A stretch of 64,000 nt of DNA from an uncultured Candidatus Rokubacteria bacterium (GCA_963708025.1 CAVPSB010000035.1:1-64000); one strand, 5' to 3'. Numbered from the stretch's first letter, positions 29,889 to 40,951 are shown. Notes: generated by a model not told the origin, from the letters alone. Numbers and translations are program-made.

Positions 29889-30125
29889 CTGAACCTCCCT
29901 CCGTCGGAGCACTGGCCAGCGCCGGATGCCACCGATCGACGCCGGGCGGCGCTCGTCGCGGTCAGCCCACGAGCTCACGGTCGCCCCTCCCGGGGCAACT
30001 CGCCCGCCAGGATAGGCCATCTCGAACGGGGTTACCAGGGGCCGTATCAAGCCATCCGGGGCCAGCGCGCGATCGTGGATTTTCGGATATCATCCCCACC
30101 AGACTCCGCTTGCCGGGAGGTCGCC

Positions 30126-31586
30126 ATGTCCACCGACGGTCAGACCGAGGCTCGGAAGCTCCGCTCCCGCCTCAGCCACCCGATCATCGACGCCGACGGG
30201 CACTGGCTCGAGTACGCGCCGCTCATGCGGGAGGAGTTCCGGCGCATCGGCGGCGACGCGGCCGCCGAGGCCCTGGCGCTTGCCAGCCGGCGCATTCCCG
30301 GCTCGCTCGAGATGTCGCTGGCCGAGCGGCGCCGGCGGCGGATCGGCCAGGAGGCGTTCTGGTCGTCGCCGTGCGAGAACGTGCTCGACCGGGCGACGGC
30401 GATGCTGCCCCGCCTCATGTACGAGCGCCTCGATGACCTCGGCATCGACTTCTGCGTCGTCTACCCGACGGCCGGGCTCGGCTACCATCGCATGCCGGAC
30501 ACCCGGCTTCGCCGGGCCATCTGTCGCGCCTACAACGTGTTCGCCGCCGACCAGTTCCGCGGCCTCTCCGACCGCCTCATCCCCGCCGCGATCATTCCGA
30601 TGTACACGCCGGAGGAGGGCATCGAGGAGCTGGAGTTCGCCGTGAAGCAGCTCGGCTACAAGGTCGCGATGGTCGGCGGCCTCATGCGCCGCCCGGTCCC
30701 CGCCCTCGTCGAGGAGCACCCGGACGCCGCCCGCTTCGTCGAGTGGTACGACGTCATCGGCATCGACAGCGACCACGACTACGATCCGGTGTGGGCCAGG
30801 TGCCGGGAGCTCCGCGTGGCCCCGAGCTTCCACAACGGCGCGCGCTCCATCCTCCTCCGCAACTCGCCGTCCAACTTCTGCTACAACCACATCGGCCACT
30901 TCGCCTCCGCCGGCCACGCGGTCGCCAAGGCGCTCTTCTTCGGCGGCGTGACGCGCCGCTTCCCCGATCTGAACTTCGCCTTCCTGGAAGGCGGCGTCGG
31001 CTGGGCCTGCATGCTCTACGCGGACCTGATCGGGCACTGGGAGAAGCGGAACCGCCAGGCGATCGAGCGCACGAATCCGAACAAGCTGGACCGCGCGGCT
31101 CTGTTGCAGCTCGTGCAGAAGTACGGCAGCCGCGCGGTGGCCGAGGCCGTGAGCCGTGGCGAGGGCCTGGAGGGCGACTCGCACTCGAAGCTGACCGGCG
31201 GCATCGAGGACCTCGACGACTACTTCCGCTGCCAGATCGGGCGCAAGGAAGACATCCGCGAGCTCTTCGTCCCGCGCTTCTACTTCGGCTGTGAGGCGGA
31301 CGATCCCATCAACGCGTGGGCCTTCGACCACCGCGCCAATCCGCTGAGCGCCCGCCTCAATGCGCTCTTCAGCTCCGACATCGGACACTTCGACGTCCCC
31401 GACATGACAGACGTCGTGCCGGAGGCGCACGAACTGGTCGAGCACGGGCTCATCACCGCCGGCGACTTCCGCGACTTCATGTTCGCCAACGCCGTCCGCT
31501 TCTGGGGCGAGGTGAATCCCGACTTCTTCCAGGGCACGGTGGTCGAGAGGCAGGCCGCGGACGTGCTGGCTCGCGCGCGCCGGTGA
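30126..31586 (+). CDS. Amidohydrolase_2 family protein
   Basis: IIDADGH, VVYPT, YDPVW, GGVTRRFPDLNFAFLEGGVGW, FSSDIGHFD. Confidence 0.85.
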   Translation: MSTDGQTEARKLRSRLSHPIIDADGHWLEYAPLMREEFRRIGGDAAAEALALASRRIPGSLEMSLAERRRRRIGQEAFWSSPCENVLDRATAMLPRLMYERLDDLGIDFCVVYPTAGLGYHRMPDTRLRRAICRAYNVFAADQFRGLSDRLIPAAIIPMYTPEEGIEELEFAVKQLGYKVAMVGGLMRRPVPALVEEHPDAARFVEWYDVIGIDSDHDYDPVWARCRELRVAPSFHNGARSILLRNSPSNFCYNHIGHFASAGHAVAKALFFGGVTRRFPDLNFAFLEGGVGWACMLYADLIGHWEKRNRQAIERTNPNKLDRAALLQLVQKYGSRAVAEAVSRGEGLEGDSHSKLTGGIEDLDDYFRCQIGRKEDIRELFVPRFYFGCEADDPINAWAFDHRANPLSARLNALFSSDIGHFDVPDMTDVVPEAHELVEHGLITAGDFRDFMFANAVRFWGEVNPDFFQGTVVERQAADVLARARR

Positions 31587-31626
31587 GCGTTCCCCGGTGA
31601 CCCTCGGGAGAGGCCTCCCCCGGTAG

Positions 31627-32652
31627 CTACGTCGTTCCGGCGGCTCCCTGCGCGCGGCGGCGGAGCTGCTCCTCGTAGGCGTGCAGCACCTCGCCGGCGG
31701 CGAATCGCTGCGCCCTCAACGCCTGCAGGATCGAGACCAGACAGTCGTCACGCTTCCGCTCGAGCTCGACGATGGACCGTCCGCCGGCCTGGGCGTCGGA
31801 CTGCGCGGCGATCTTGTCCAGGAAGGGATCCGTCAGCTCCGGCACGTCGGTCAGCTTGGTCCACGGCCACTGCAAGGCGGGGCCGAATTGCGCCAGGAAG
31901 TGGCGCATGCCGCCCTCGCCGCCGGCGATGCGGTAGACCATGAATGTACCCATGAGGGCCCACCGGAGGCCGGCGCCGAACCGGATCGCGTCGTCCACGT
32001 CCTCCACCGTGGCGACGTCGTCGTGGACGAGCCACAGCGCTTCCCGCCAGAGCGCCTCCAGCAGCCGGTCGGCGACGAACCCGTCGATCTCCTTGCGGAT
32101 GCGGAGTGGGCGCATGCCGATCGAGTGATAGAAGGCGACCGCCCGCTCGACGTGGGCCGGGGCGGTCTTCTCGCCGCCGCACACCTCCACCAGGGGCAGC
32201 AGATAGACCGGGTTGAAGGGGTGCCCGACCATGAACCGGTCCGGCCGGGCCATGTCCGCCTGGAGGCGGGAGGGCCGGAGGCCCGACGTGGACGAGCAGA
32301 CGAGCGCATCGGGCCGGGCGTGGGCGTCGATCTCGGCGAGGAGCCGGCGCTTCAGGCTTTCCTGCTCGGGCGCGCTTTCCTGGACGAAGCCGGCGTCGCG
32401 GACGGCGTCGGCGAGGCTGGGCGCGAAGGCCAGGCGCCCCTTCGGGGGCGGCGGCGCCGACGTCAGCGCGCCGAGCGCCCGCTCCGCGCTCTCCAGCACC
32501 TCGCCCAGCCGCCGGGCCACCGCCGGGTCCGGATCGTAGACAGCCACGTCGATGCCGTTCCACAGGAGGCGCGCCGCCCAGCCCGCGCCGATGACGCCGC
32601 CGCCGATGCAGGCGGCCCGACCGGCGTCGGTCGTCGGCACGCCCTCAGCCAC
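31627..32652 (-). CDS. lcdH: L-carnitine 3-dehydrogenase (3-hydroxyacyl-CoA dehydrogenase family)
   Basis: GGGVIGAGWAAR, HPFNPVYLLPLVE, DRLLEALWREALWLV, GLRWA.MG, MRHFLAQFGPALQWPWTKL; adjacent to BKACE. Confidence 0.85.
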   Translation of the reverse strand: MAEGVPTTDAGRAACIGGGVIGAGWAARLLWNGIDVAVYDPDPAVARRLGEVLESAERALGALTSAPPPPKGRLAFAPSLADAVRDAGFVQESAPEQESLKRRLLAEIDAHARPDALVCSSTSGLRPSRLQADMARPDRFMVGHPFNPVYLLPLVEVCGGEKTAPAHVERAVAFYHSIGMRPLRIRKEIDGFVADRLLEALWREALWLVHDDVATVEDVDDAIRFGAGLRWALMGTFMVYRIAGGEGGMRHFLAQFGPALQWPWTKLTDVPELTDPFLDKIAAQSDAQAGGRSIVELERKRDDCLVSILQALRAQRFAAGEVLHAYEEQLRRRAQGAAGTT

Positions 32653-33547
32653 GCTTCTTGAGCTTGAGCTTGCGGCGCACGTCCTCGGGCCCGAGCACCT
32701 TGACGTTCATGGAATGCAGGATGGTGACGGCTCGCTCCACCAGTTGCGCGTTCGTCGCCTTGACGCCTCGCGACAGGTAGAGGTTGTCCTCGAGGCCCAC
32801 GCGCACGTTGCCGCCCGCCAGGACGGCCATGGCGATGTACGGGATCTGCATCCGGCCGATGGAGAAGGCGGAGAAGACGGCGCCCGGGGGCAGGTGGTCC
32901 ACCATGGCCAGCAGGGTGAGCGGGTCGTCCGGCGCGCCCCACGGGATCCCCATGCAGAGCTGGACCATGACCGGGTCGTCGATGAGCCCCTCCTTGACGA
33001 GCTGTTTCACGAAGACGAGGTGGCCGGTGTCGAAGACCTCGAGCTCGGGGCGGACGCCGAGCTGCTGGACGCGCCGGGCCATGGCCCGCAGGACGCCGGG
33101 GGTGTTCGTCATGACGTAGTCGCCCTCGGCGAAGTTCATGGTGCCGCAGTCCAGGGTGGTGATCTCCGGGAGCAGCTGCTCGACGTGCGCGAGCCGCTCG
33201 GTGGCGCCGGCCATGTCGGTCCCCCGGGGATCGAGCGGCAGCGGCGTCTCGGCGCCGCCGAAGACGAGGTCGCCCCCCATGCCCGCCGTGAGGTTCAGCA
33301 CGACGTCGACGCTGGACGACCGGACGCGGTCGACGACCTCGGCGAAGTGCTTCGGGCTCCGTCCCCCCTTTCCGGTCTCGGGATCGCGGACGTGGACGTG
33401 AACGATGGCCGCGCCCGCCCTGGCCGCTTCGATCGCGCTCTCGGCGATGGCCTGGGGGGCGACCGGCACGTGCTCGCTCTTGCCGACCGTGTCGCCGGCT
33501 CCGGTCAGGGCGCACGTGATGAAGGCTTCCCAGTTCATGGCCGCCAT
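32645..33547 (-). CDS. Beta-keto acid cleavage enzyme (BKACE; dehydrocarnitine cleavage CdhC-like)
   Basis: FITCALTG, HVHVRD Zn motif, LDCGTMNF, PELEVFD, VRVGLEDN. Confidence 0.88.
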   Translation of the reverse strand: MAAMNWEAFITCALTGAGDTVGKSEHVPVAPQAIAESAIEAARAGAAIVHVHVRDPETGKGGRSPKHFAEVVDRVRSSSVDVVLNLTAGMGGDLVFGGAETPLPLDPRGTDMAGATERLAHVEQLLPEITTLDCGTMNFAEGDYVMTNTPGVLRAMARRVQQLGVRPELEVFDTGHLVFVKQLVKEGLIDDPVMVQLCMGIPWGAPDDPLTLLAMVDHLPPGAVFSAFSIGRMQIPYIAMAVLAGGNVRVGLEDNLYLSRGVKATNAQLVERAVTILHSMNVKVLGPEDVRRKLKLKKRG

Positions 33548-33553
33548 ATCGGA

Positions 33554-33654
33554 ACCTCCCGCCTACCCCGATCCGTCGACGGCCTTCGGCCTTTGGCCCC
33601 CTTCCCCACTGTTCGACGGCCTTCGGCCTTTGGCTGGGGGGAGGGGAGGTCGGA
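33554..33654. repeat. Palindromic element family C carrying two 19-nt units (33578-33596, 33615-33633)
   Basis: Starts ACCTCCCGCCTACCCC and ends TTTGGCTGGGGGGAGGGGAGGTCGGA like 57651-57757; two exact GACGGCCTTCGGCCTTTGG. Confidence 0.78.
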
Positions 33655-33676
33655 CGACCGCCGCCTTCGCGCGCTC

Positions 33677-35242
33677 TCATCCCACCCACCACCGCTCGAT
33701 GCACTTCCAGCCGTCGAGGTCGTAGTTCGAGCCGAGCGCGGGCCCGCGGGCGGTCTTCTTCGACCGGGCGTCGACGAAGTTGGCGTACATCGGCACGATG
33801 ACCCCGCCCTCGTCGCGCACGATCTGCTGCATCTCCCGGTACATGGTCCGCCGCCTGCCGTCGTCGAGCTCGGCCCGCGCCTCGACGAGCAGCGTGTTGA
33901 AGCGCTCGTGGTTCCAGTGCGTGTCGTTCCAGCGCGCGTCCTTCGCGTAGGCCTGGCTGAACATCCAGTCCTCGGTCGGCCGGCCGGCCCAGAAGCACAT
34001 GACGAAGGGCTTCTTCGTCCACACCCGCGTCCAGTACCCGTCGTTCGGCTCGCGCACCACGTTGATGTCGATGCCGGCCTTGGCGGCGTGCTCCTTGAAG
34101 AGGACCGCGGTGTCCACCGCCCCGTTGAAGGCCGCGTCGGCCGCCGAGAGGTCGACCTTCAGGGTGGCGTGCCCGGCCTTCTTGAGGTGGAACTTCGCCT
34201 TCTCCGGATCGTACTCGCGGATCGGGATGTCCCGGGCGTAGTAGCGGTTGGCCGGCGTGATCGGGCTGTCGTTGCCGGGCTGGCCATGGCCGCGCAGGAT
34301 CGACTGCACGAGGGCCTTGCGGTCGATGGCGTACTTGAGAGCCAGCCGCACGTCGTTGCTGGTGAAGGGCTCGGTGTCGGTGAACATGGGGATGGTGAAG
34401 TGCTGCGTCCCCGTCACTTCCTCCACGACGACGTCCGGGCTGCGCTGCAGTAGCGTGAGCGCCTTGATGTCAACCCGGCCGATGGCGTCAACCTCGCCGG
34501 TGACGACGGCGTTCATCCGGGCCGCGGCGTCCGGGATGCCGATCAGCTCGACGTCGTCGAAATGGGCGCGGCCGGCTTTCCAGTAGCCGGTGCTGCGCTT
34601 GAGGACCATGCGGACGCCGCGCTGGTGAGAGACGAGCGTGTAACCCCCGGTCCCCTGCGCCGCTTCCCAGTCGATCTTGCCGTCCTTCACCGGGCCGATC
34701 ACCAGGTGGTAGCCGGTCGTCAGGTAGGGGAAATCGGCGTTCCCGGAGGCGAGCTCGAAGATCACCGTCCCTTTGCCGTCCGCGCGGATGCTCACGATGG
34801 GGTCAACGACGCCCTTGGCGCCCGATTTCGACTCCGGCCCGCGGTGGTGGTTGAACGACGCCACGACGTCGTCGGCGTCGAGGGCCTTGCCGTTGTGGAA
34901 GGTCACCCCCTTCCGCAGCTTGAACACCCAGGTCTTGGCGTCCTTCGACGGCTCGACGCTCTCGGCCAGCTCGGGCACGAGCTTCCCGTCCGGGGCCACC
35001 TCCATCAGGTTGTTGTACACCGCTCCCCACAGGCCGATGTTCGTGAAGCTCGACGTCCCCCAGGTCGCCGGATTGTGCGAATCGGTCGTGTTCGCCCCGC
35101 TCAGCCCGAGGCGGAACCGGCCGCCCTTCTTCGGCCCGGCCTGGGCCAGGGCCATCGCGGGGAGCGCCGGGATGAGCAGCGCGGCGGCTCCGGTCTGCAG
35201 AAAGCGCCGGCGGTCAACGTGGGGGCCAGCGATGTCCGTCAT
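33677..35242 (-). CDS. Peptide-type ABC substrate-binding protein (family 5), Tat signal
   Basis: DRRRFLQ leader; PELAES, FKLRKGVTFHNG, VRLALKYAIDR. Confidence 0.92.
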   Translation of the reverse strand: MTDIAGPHVDRRRFLQTGAAALLIPALPAMALAQAGPKKGGRFRLGLSGANTTDSHNPATWGTSSFTNIGLWGAVYNNLMEVAPDGKLVPELAESVEPSKDAKTWVFKLRKGVTFHNGKALDADDVVASFNHHRGPESKSGAKGVVDPIVSIRADGKGTVIFELASGNADFPYLTTGYHLVIGPVKDGKIDWEAAQGTGGYTLVSHQRGVRMVLKRSTGYWKAGRAHFDDVELIGIPDAAARMNAVVTGEVDAIGRVDIKALTLLQRSPDVVVEEVTGTQHFTIPMFTDTEPFTSNDVRLALKYAIDRKALVQSILRGHGQPGNDSPITPANRYYARDIPIREYDPEKAKFHLKKAGHATLKVDLSAADAAFNGAVDTAVLFKEHAAKAGIDINVVREPNDGYWTRVWTKKPFVMCFWAGRPTEDWMFSQAYAKDARWNDTHWNHERFNTLLVEARAELDDGRRRTMYREMQQIVRDEGGVIVPMYANFVDARSKKTARGPALGSNYDLDGWKCIERWWVG

Positions 35243-35286
35243 GGCGTCCTCCTCGGTGAGAGAGTGGCCACCAGTATACGGCTAGT

Positions 35287-35453
35287 GGGCGGGGCCGATG
35301 AGTGTCGCAACGCGTCGTCGTTCGGACGGCCTTCGGCCTTTGGGGTCGTCGCCGATCCTCGGCGTACTCGGAGTACGCCTGCGGTCGGCGACTCCCTGCG
35401 TCTCTTGGACGGCCTTCGGCCTGGGGGCGCTGCTCGCTCCTCGGCCCCGCCCC
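35287..35453 (-). repeat. Structured palindromic element family B with two 19-nt-type units (35325-35343, 35408-35425)
   Basis: Terminal stem GGGCGGGGCCGA/TCGGCCCCGCCC, inner GGCGTACT-CCG-AGTACGCC; colinear with 54837-54958 apart from the two extra units. Confidence 0.8.
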
Positions 35454-35470
35454 CGAGAACCTTGACTCAT

Positions 35471-37145
35471 CTACCATGACTTTGGCGCGTCAAGGACGCT
35501 AAGGGCCATCGCCGCGCGGCGGGTCGCCAGCAGGCGATCGAGCCAGTCGGGATCCATCTCGGGAACGGAGGACAGCAGGAGCTCGGTGTAGGGGTCGTGC
35601 GGCGGCGCGAAGATCCGCTCCTTGGGCCCCGCCTCGATCACGCGTCCGTCCTTCATCACCACGACCTCGTCCGCGATCGCGCGGACGGTGGCCAGATCGT
35701 GGGTGATGAAGATGATCGTCAGGCCGAGGTCGTGCTGCAGCCGGGACAGGAGCCTCAGCATCTCCTCGGCGACGAGCTGGTCGAGCGATGACGTCACCTC
35801 GTCGCAGATGAGGAGCGACGGCCCCGCGGCCAGCGCCCGGGCGATGGCGATCCGCTGCTTCTGCCCGCCGGACAGCTCGCCCGGGTAGCGATCGCGGTAG
35901 GTCACGGGGTCCAGCTCGATCGCCTCCAGGAGGGCCGCCACCTGCCGGTCGTTTTCGCGACCACGCACGCCCGCTTGCAAGGCGAGCGGCCGCCCGATCG
36001 CGTCCCGCACGCGCTGGCGTGGATTCAGCGCCGTGTCCGGCATCTGCGCGATCATCTGGATCCGGCCGAGCGTCTGTCGGGATCGCCCCCGATAGCCGGG
36101 CGCCAGCGGCTCCCCGTCGAGGAGAACCCGTCCGGCCCGGGGCGGCAGGAGGCCGGTGATCACCCGGGCCAGCGTCGACTTGCCCGACCCGGACTCGCCG
36201 ACGATCGCCGCGGTGCGACCCCGTGCCACGGCGACCGAGACGTCGTGCAGCACGGCGACCGCGCCGTAGGCCGCCGTCACGCTCTCGACGGCCAGGAGCG
36301 GGCGACTCCCGGCCGGCGGCGCCGGCTTGGGCGCGGCCCGGAAGGACCGCACGGCCCAGAGCGACCTCGTGTAGTCCGTCCGCGGGGCCGCGAGCATGGT
36401 GCGGGTCTCGGCTTCCTCGACCATCTGGCCGTGGCGCAGGACGATGATCCGGTCCGCCATCTGCGCGACCAGCGCCAGATCGTGGCTGATGTAGAGGGCG
36501 GCGGTGCCGAGGGCGGCCACGGCCTCCCGGATGGCCGCCAGCACCTCGATCTGCGTGGTCACGTCGAGGGCGGTCGTCGGCTCGTCGAAGACGATGAGGG
36601 CCGGCCGGGTCACCATCGCCATCGCGGTCATCGCGCGCTGGAGCTGCCCACCCGAGACCTGGTGCGGATAGCGGAAGCCGATCTCGGCGGGGTCGGGGAG
36701 CTGCAGCCGGCGATAGAGCGCGACCGCCTCGGCGACCGCCGCCTCCCGGTCGAGGAGGCGGTGCTGGACCGCGGCCTCGACGCACTGGTCGATCAGTCGA
36801 TGGGCCGGGTTGAAGCAGGCGGCCGCCGACTGCGCGACGTAGGCGATGCGCGAGCCGCGCAGGGCCCGGCGGGTGGCCTCGGGAGCGGTGGCCAGCTCGA
36901 TGCCGTCGAAGCGGATCGAGCCGGCGGCGATCCGGCAGCCGTCCCGGGCGTAGCCCATGGCCGCGAGGCCGACCGTGGACTTGCCGGCGCCCGACTCGCC
37001 GATGAGGCCGAGGATCTCGCCGGCCCGCACGGTGAAGCTGACCGCGTCGAACGATGCGGGTGACGGCGTCATCGGTCCGCGCCTCGACGACCAGGCCGTC
37101 GACGGCGAGGAGGGGCTCTCCCGGCGCGCCGCCCGCCCCCGTCAC
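35471..37145 (-). CDS. Peptide ABC ATPase, two fused domains; frameshift near 37050
   Basis: GESGAGKST...SGGQLQR...DEPTTALD and GESGSGKST...LSGGQKQR...CDEVTSSLD. Confidence 0.9.
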
Positions 37146-37146
37146 G

Positions 37147-37974
37147 TCAGTCCTTCAACCCGCTCGCGCGGTGCAGGATCCAGTCGACCACGAAGTTCAC
37201 GGCCACCGTCAGGAGCGCGATGGCGGCGGCCGGCAAGAGCGGCGTGACGTCGCCGAAGGTGATGAGGGACGCGTTGTCCCGCACCATGCTGCCCCATTCG
37301 GCGGTGGGCGGCTTGATGCCGAGTCCGAGGAAGCTCAGCGCCGCGATGAACAGGAAGACGAAGCAGAATCGCAGCCCGAACTCCGCGACCAGCGGCGGGG
37401 CGGCGTTCGGCAGCACCTCCCGGAGGATGAGCCAGGCCAGACCCTCGCCGCGAAGCCGGGCCGCATCGACGTAGTCCATCACGGCGATCCCCAGGGACAC
37501 GGCGCGGGCGAGGCGGAAGACCCGCGTCGCTTCCAGGACGGCGATGACCAGGATCATCACCGGGATCGACGTGCCGAAGATCGTGAGCAGCAGCAGCGCC
37601 AGGATCAGCGACGGCATCGCCATCAGGATGTCGACGGCCCAGGCCAGGATCCGGTCAACGAGACCCCCGAGCGTGCCCGCGACCAGCCCCAGGGCGCCGC
37701 CGAGCCCGAAGGCCAGCAGTGTCGTCGCCGACGCGATGGCCACCATGTTGCGCGCGCCGTAGATGAGGCGGGTGAGCATGTCGCGGCCGAGGTTGTCGGT
37801 GCCGAGCAGGTGTGGGCCCGACCACGGCGCGAAGACGGGTCCGACGACCTCGCGCTCGCCGAATGGCGCGATGATCGGCGCCAGGGTGGCGACCGCGACA
37901 TAGACCCCGATGACGACGAGCCCGAAGTGCGCCGCCGGGGGCGCCGTCCGCAGGGCCCGGGCGAGTCCCGCCAT
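37147..37974 (-). CDS. Peptide ABC permease (DppC type)
   Basis: LLGTDNLGRDM, DYVDAARLRGE, LSFLGLG, WGSM. Confidence 0.92.
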   Translation of the reverse strand: MAGLARALRTAPPAAHFGLVVIGVYVAVATLAPIIAPFGEREVVGPVFAPWSGPHLLGTDNLGRDMLTRLIYGARNMVAIASATTLLAFGLGGALGLVAGTLGGLVDRILAWAVDILMAMPSLILALLLLTIFGTSIPVMILVIAVLEATRVFRLARAVSLGIAVMDYVDAARLRGEGLAWLILREVLPNAAPPLVAEFGLRFCFVFLFIAALSFLGLGIKPPTAEWGSMVRDNASLITFGDVTPLLPAAAIALLTVAVNFVVDWILHRASGLKD

Positions 37975-37977
37975 CGC

Positions 37978-38924
37978 CTACCAGCCGTGCCGGAGCCGTG
38001 GCGTGGTGGCGATCGACAGGATGTCCGCGGCGAGGTTGAGGACGACGTAGGTCGCGGCGAAGATGAGGCTGGCGGCCTGCACGACGGTCACGTCGCGCTT
38101 CGAGACGGAATCGACGAGGAGCTGGCCGAGGCCCGGGTAGGCGAAGACCACCTCGACGACCACGACGCCCACCACCAGATAGGCGAGGTTGAGGGCCACC
38201 ACGTTGATGATCGGGGCGAGCGCGTTGGGCAGGGCATGGCGGACGATGACGCGCGACGGCGACAGCCCCTTGAGGCGCGCCATCTCGATGTAGGGGCTCG
38301 CCAGCAGGTTGACGATCGCCGCGCGCGTCATCCGCATCATGTGGGCGGTGACGCCGAGCGTGAGCGTGAGCGCCGGGAGGATCAGCCGGTAGAGCCGCTC
38401 GACGAGCGACGAATCCGGGCTGACCGTGGCCAGGGAGGGGAACACCCGCCACTGCACGGCGAGCAGGAAGATCAGGATGTAGGCGATGAAGAACTCGGGC
38501 AGCGAGATCGCCGTGAGGGAGCCGGCGGTGATGGCCCGATCGACGGCCCGGCCCCGATAGAGCGCGGCGACCATCCCCAGCCCGAGCGACAGGGGCACGG
38601 CGACGAGCGCGGCGTACGCGGCGAGGAAGAGCGTGTTGCCGAGGCGCACGCCGATCAGCTCGGACACCGGCCGCCCCGAGGCGAGCGAGCTTCCGAAATC
38701 CCCGGTGAGGACGCCGCGACCCACGCCAGATAGCGCTCGAGGACCGGCCGGTCGAGGCCGAGCTCGCGGCGGAGCGCCGCCACGGTCTCCGGCGTCCGGT
38801 TCTGACCGAGGATCTCCTCGGCCAGATCGCCGGGGAGCAGGTTGACGGCGCCGAAGACGATGATCGAGATGGCCCCGAGCGTGAGGAGCCCGAGTCCCAG
38901 CCGCACCAGGATCAGCCGCGTCAC
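37978..38924 (-). CDS. Peptide ABC permease (DppB type); frameshift near 38720
   Basis: LLPGD, LGLDRP, GDFGSS, PYIEMARLKGL, HALPNA; GTGA overlap with upstream gene. Confidence 0.88.
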
Positions 38925-40951
38925 CGGATGCGTCCCTCCGGACGCGGCACCGCGTCGGTCCACCGGCGGGCGAAGACGGGCGCATCGCCCTCGAACGCCT
39001 CGAGCGCGATGTCGATGCGGAGCTCGGCGGCGGTGCAGGTCACCGTGCTCCGCGTCGTCGCGGCCGCCGACCAGGCGCCCCGGGCGAAGCGCCAGCGCGT
39101 CTCCATCTCCAGGACGGCCGAGGTGGGATCTCCGGGGTGGATCCGGAAGCGTCGCTCGGTGACGTCTTCGAGCTCGAGCCCGATGGCATCGAGGCGGAAG
39201 ACCCCGGTGTCGTCCGCGATCGCCAGCGTGCGGGCGCCGGTCGCCGGATCGGTCTCGACCCGGCGACGGTAGGCCGCCGGCTTCATCACCGTCCAGGGCA
39301 GCGACGGAGCCGCCTCCGGGGGCGGAAACGGCGCCGGGGGCTCCGCGTCCAGGTCCCGAGGCCGGACCGGCAGCGCGAGACGGCTGCCTCCCGTGAAGAC
39401 CGTCAGCGTGACGGCACCCGGAGCCGGCCAGAGCGTCGGCCAGTACGCGCTGGACAGCGCCAGGCGGGCGCGGTGACCGGCGGCGAAGCCGTCGGCGACG
39501 GGGTACAGCGGCACGCGCACCCGGACGCGCCGCCCGGGCTCGAGCGGCCGCGGCGGATCGTGTCCGTCCCGGTGAGCGAGGTTCAGGGCGCCGTAGGTGA
39601 CCCGCCGCGAGCTGCCGTCCGGCGCCACCTCGCACAGCCGCGCCGCGATCAGCCCGAAGGACCGATCGCTCGACAGCTCCAGGGTGACCTCCGGTGTCCC
39701 GAGGATCTCGACCCGGTCCGGGAGGGGCGCGCTGTCGAAGCAGAGGGCGCCGGCGTCGTCCGGGCGCTGGTCGCCGGCCAGCTCCGGGTTCGGCCCTGTC
39801 GTGAAGATCGGCATCGCCTCGCCCGCCGCCTCGCCGATGTCCTGCCTCGACGCCAGGCGCAGCGGGACGTCGGGCCCGGCCTCCTCGCCCAGCTGGCCGG
39901 GATTCATCGCGAGATGCCGCGCTGTGATCCGCGGAGACGGCCATACCGGCTCCGACACCCATCGGCCGGGGACGTCCTCGGGCGTCTGGCGCACCGCCGA
40001 CCTCGCCGGCATGAAGACCCGGAGCATCGGCTCGGCCATGATCCCGGTCTCGGCACCCTTCATCCAGCAATCGAGCCACCGCAGGACCTCTTGTAGGAAC
40101 CCGATCGCTGGCCCGGGCAGCCCGAAGTGGGGATAGCGATGCGCCCAGGGGCCGATCACGCCTTTCCGGGGCACCTCCAGCCCGGCGAGCAGCCGCAGGA
40201 GCGCGCTGGCGAAATCCGGATCGGCCCAGCCCGCGGCGGCGAGAACCGGACACGCGATGCGGCGATACTCGTCCAGCACCGCCCCGTCCCGCCAGTATTC
40301 GTCGCGGCCCGGGTGCCGCAGCCAGCGTCCGACCAGGGGCTCGACCCGCTCGAGGCGCGCGCGCCAGGCGGCCCGCCAGCCGGGACCCACGACCTCCGGA
40401 TCCGGCGGCCGGGTCGCGTACGTGATCCGGGCCACGCTCGCCACCAGCGCCGAGGTCGCGAGGCAGCCGCCGGGCAGCCGCAGCGCGTACTGGTCGTCCG
40501 TGCCGGCCACGCAGACGATCGTCTTGAGGGCAGGGGGCCGGCGGGCCGCCACCTGCAGGGCGCTGGCGCCGCCCCAGGAGAGCCCGAACATGGCCACCCC
40601 GCCCCCGCACCAGGGCTGCGCCGCCAGCCAGGCGATCACCTCCACGGCGTCGTCGGTGTGGCGGCGCGACAGCTGGTCGGCGTACAGCCCGTCGGAGTCG
40701 CCGGTGCCGCGCACGTCGACCCGCAGGCAGGCGTAGCCGTGCCCGGCCAGATAACCGTGCGTCGCCGAATCGCGGAGCGCGGTCATGTCGCGCTTGCGGT
40801 AGGGAATGTACTCGAGGATCGCGGGGACCGGTCCCCGCTCGGCGTCGGCCGGCAGCCACAGCTTGCCGGCCAGCCGGCAGCCGTCCGCCAGCGGGATCCA
40901 CACGTTCTCGACGATCCGGACGGGGTGCGGCAGATCCGTGACGCGTCGCAT
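38921..40951 (-). CDS. CocE/NonD (peptidase S15) family hydrolase
   Basis: WIPLADG, ILEYIPYRK, VDVRGTGDSDG, GLSWGG nucleophile, GPWAH. Confidence 0.9.
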   Translation of the reverse strand: MRRVTDLPHPVRIVENVWIPLADGCRLAGKLWLPADAERGPVPAILEYIPYRKRDMTALRDSATHGYLAGHGYACLRVDVRGTGDSDGLYADQLSRRHTDDAVEVIAWLAAQPWCGGGVAMFGLSWGGASALQVAARRPPALKTIVCVAGTDDQYALRLPGGCLATSALVASVARITYATRPPDPEVVGPGWRAAWRARLERVEPLVGRWLRHPGRDEYWRDGAVLDEYRRIACPVLAAAGWADPDFASALLRLLAGLEVPRKGVIGPWAHRYPHFGLPGPAIGFLQEVLRWLDCWMKGAETGIMAEPMLRVFMPARSAVRQTPEDVPGRWVSEPVWPSPRITARHLAMNPGQLGEEAGPDVPLRLASRQDIGEAAGEAMPIFTTGPNPELAGDQRPDDAGALCFDSAPLPDRVEILGTPEVTLELSSDRSFGLIAARLCEVAPDGSSRRVTYGALNLAHRDGHDPPRPLEPGRRVRVRVPLYPVADGFAAGHRARLALSSAYWPTLWPAPGAVTLTVFTGGSRLALPVRPRDLDAEPPAPFPPPEAAPSLPWTVMKPAAYRRRVETDPATGARTLAIADDTGVFRLDAIGLELEDVTERRFRIHPGDPTSAVLEMETRWRFARGAWSAAATTRSTVTCTAAELRIDIALEAFEGDAPVFARRWTDAVPRPEGRIR

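Noticed and set aside
33578-33633. Mini CRISPR array (two 19-nt repeats, 18-nt spacer)
   Set aside because: Repeat and spacer too short, only two units, other copies dispersed, no cas genes
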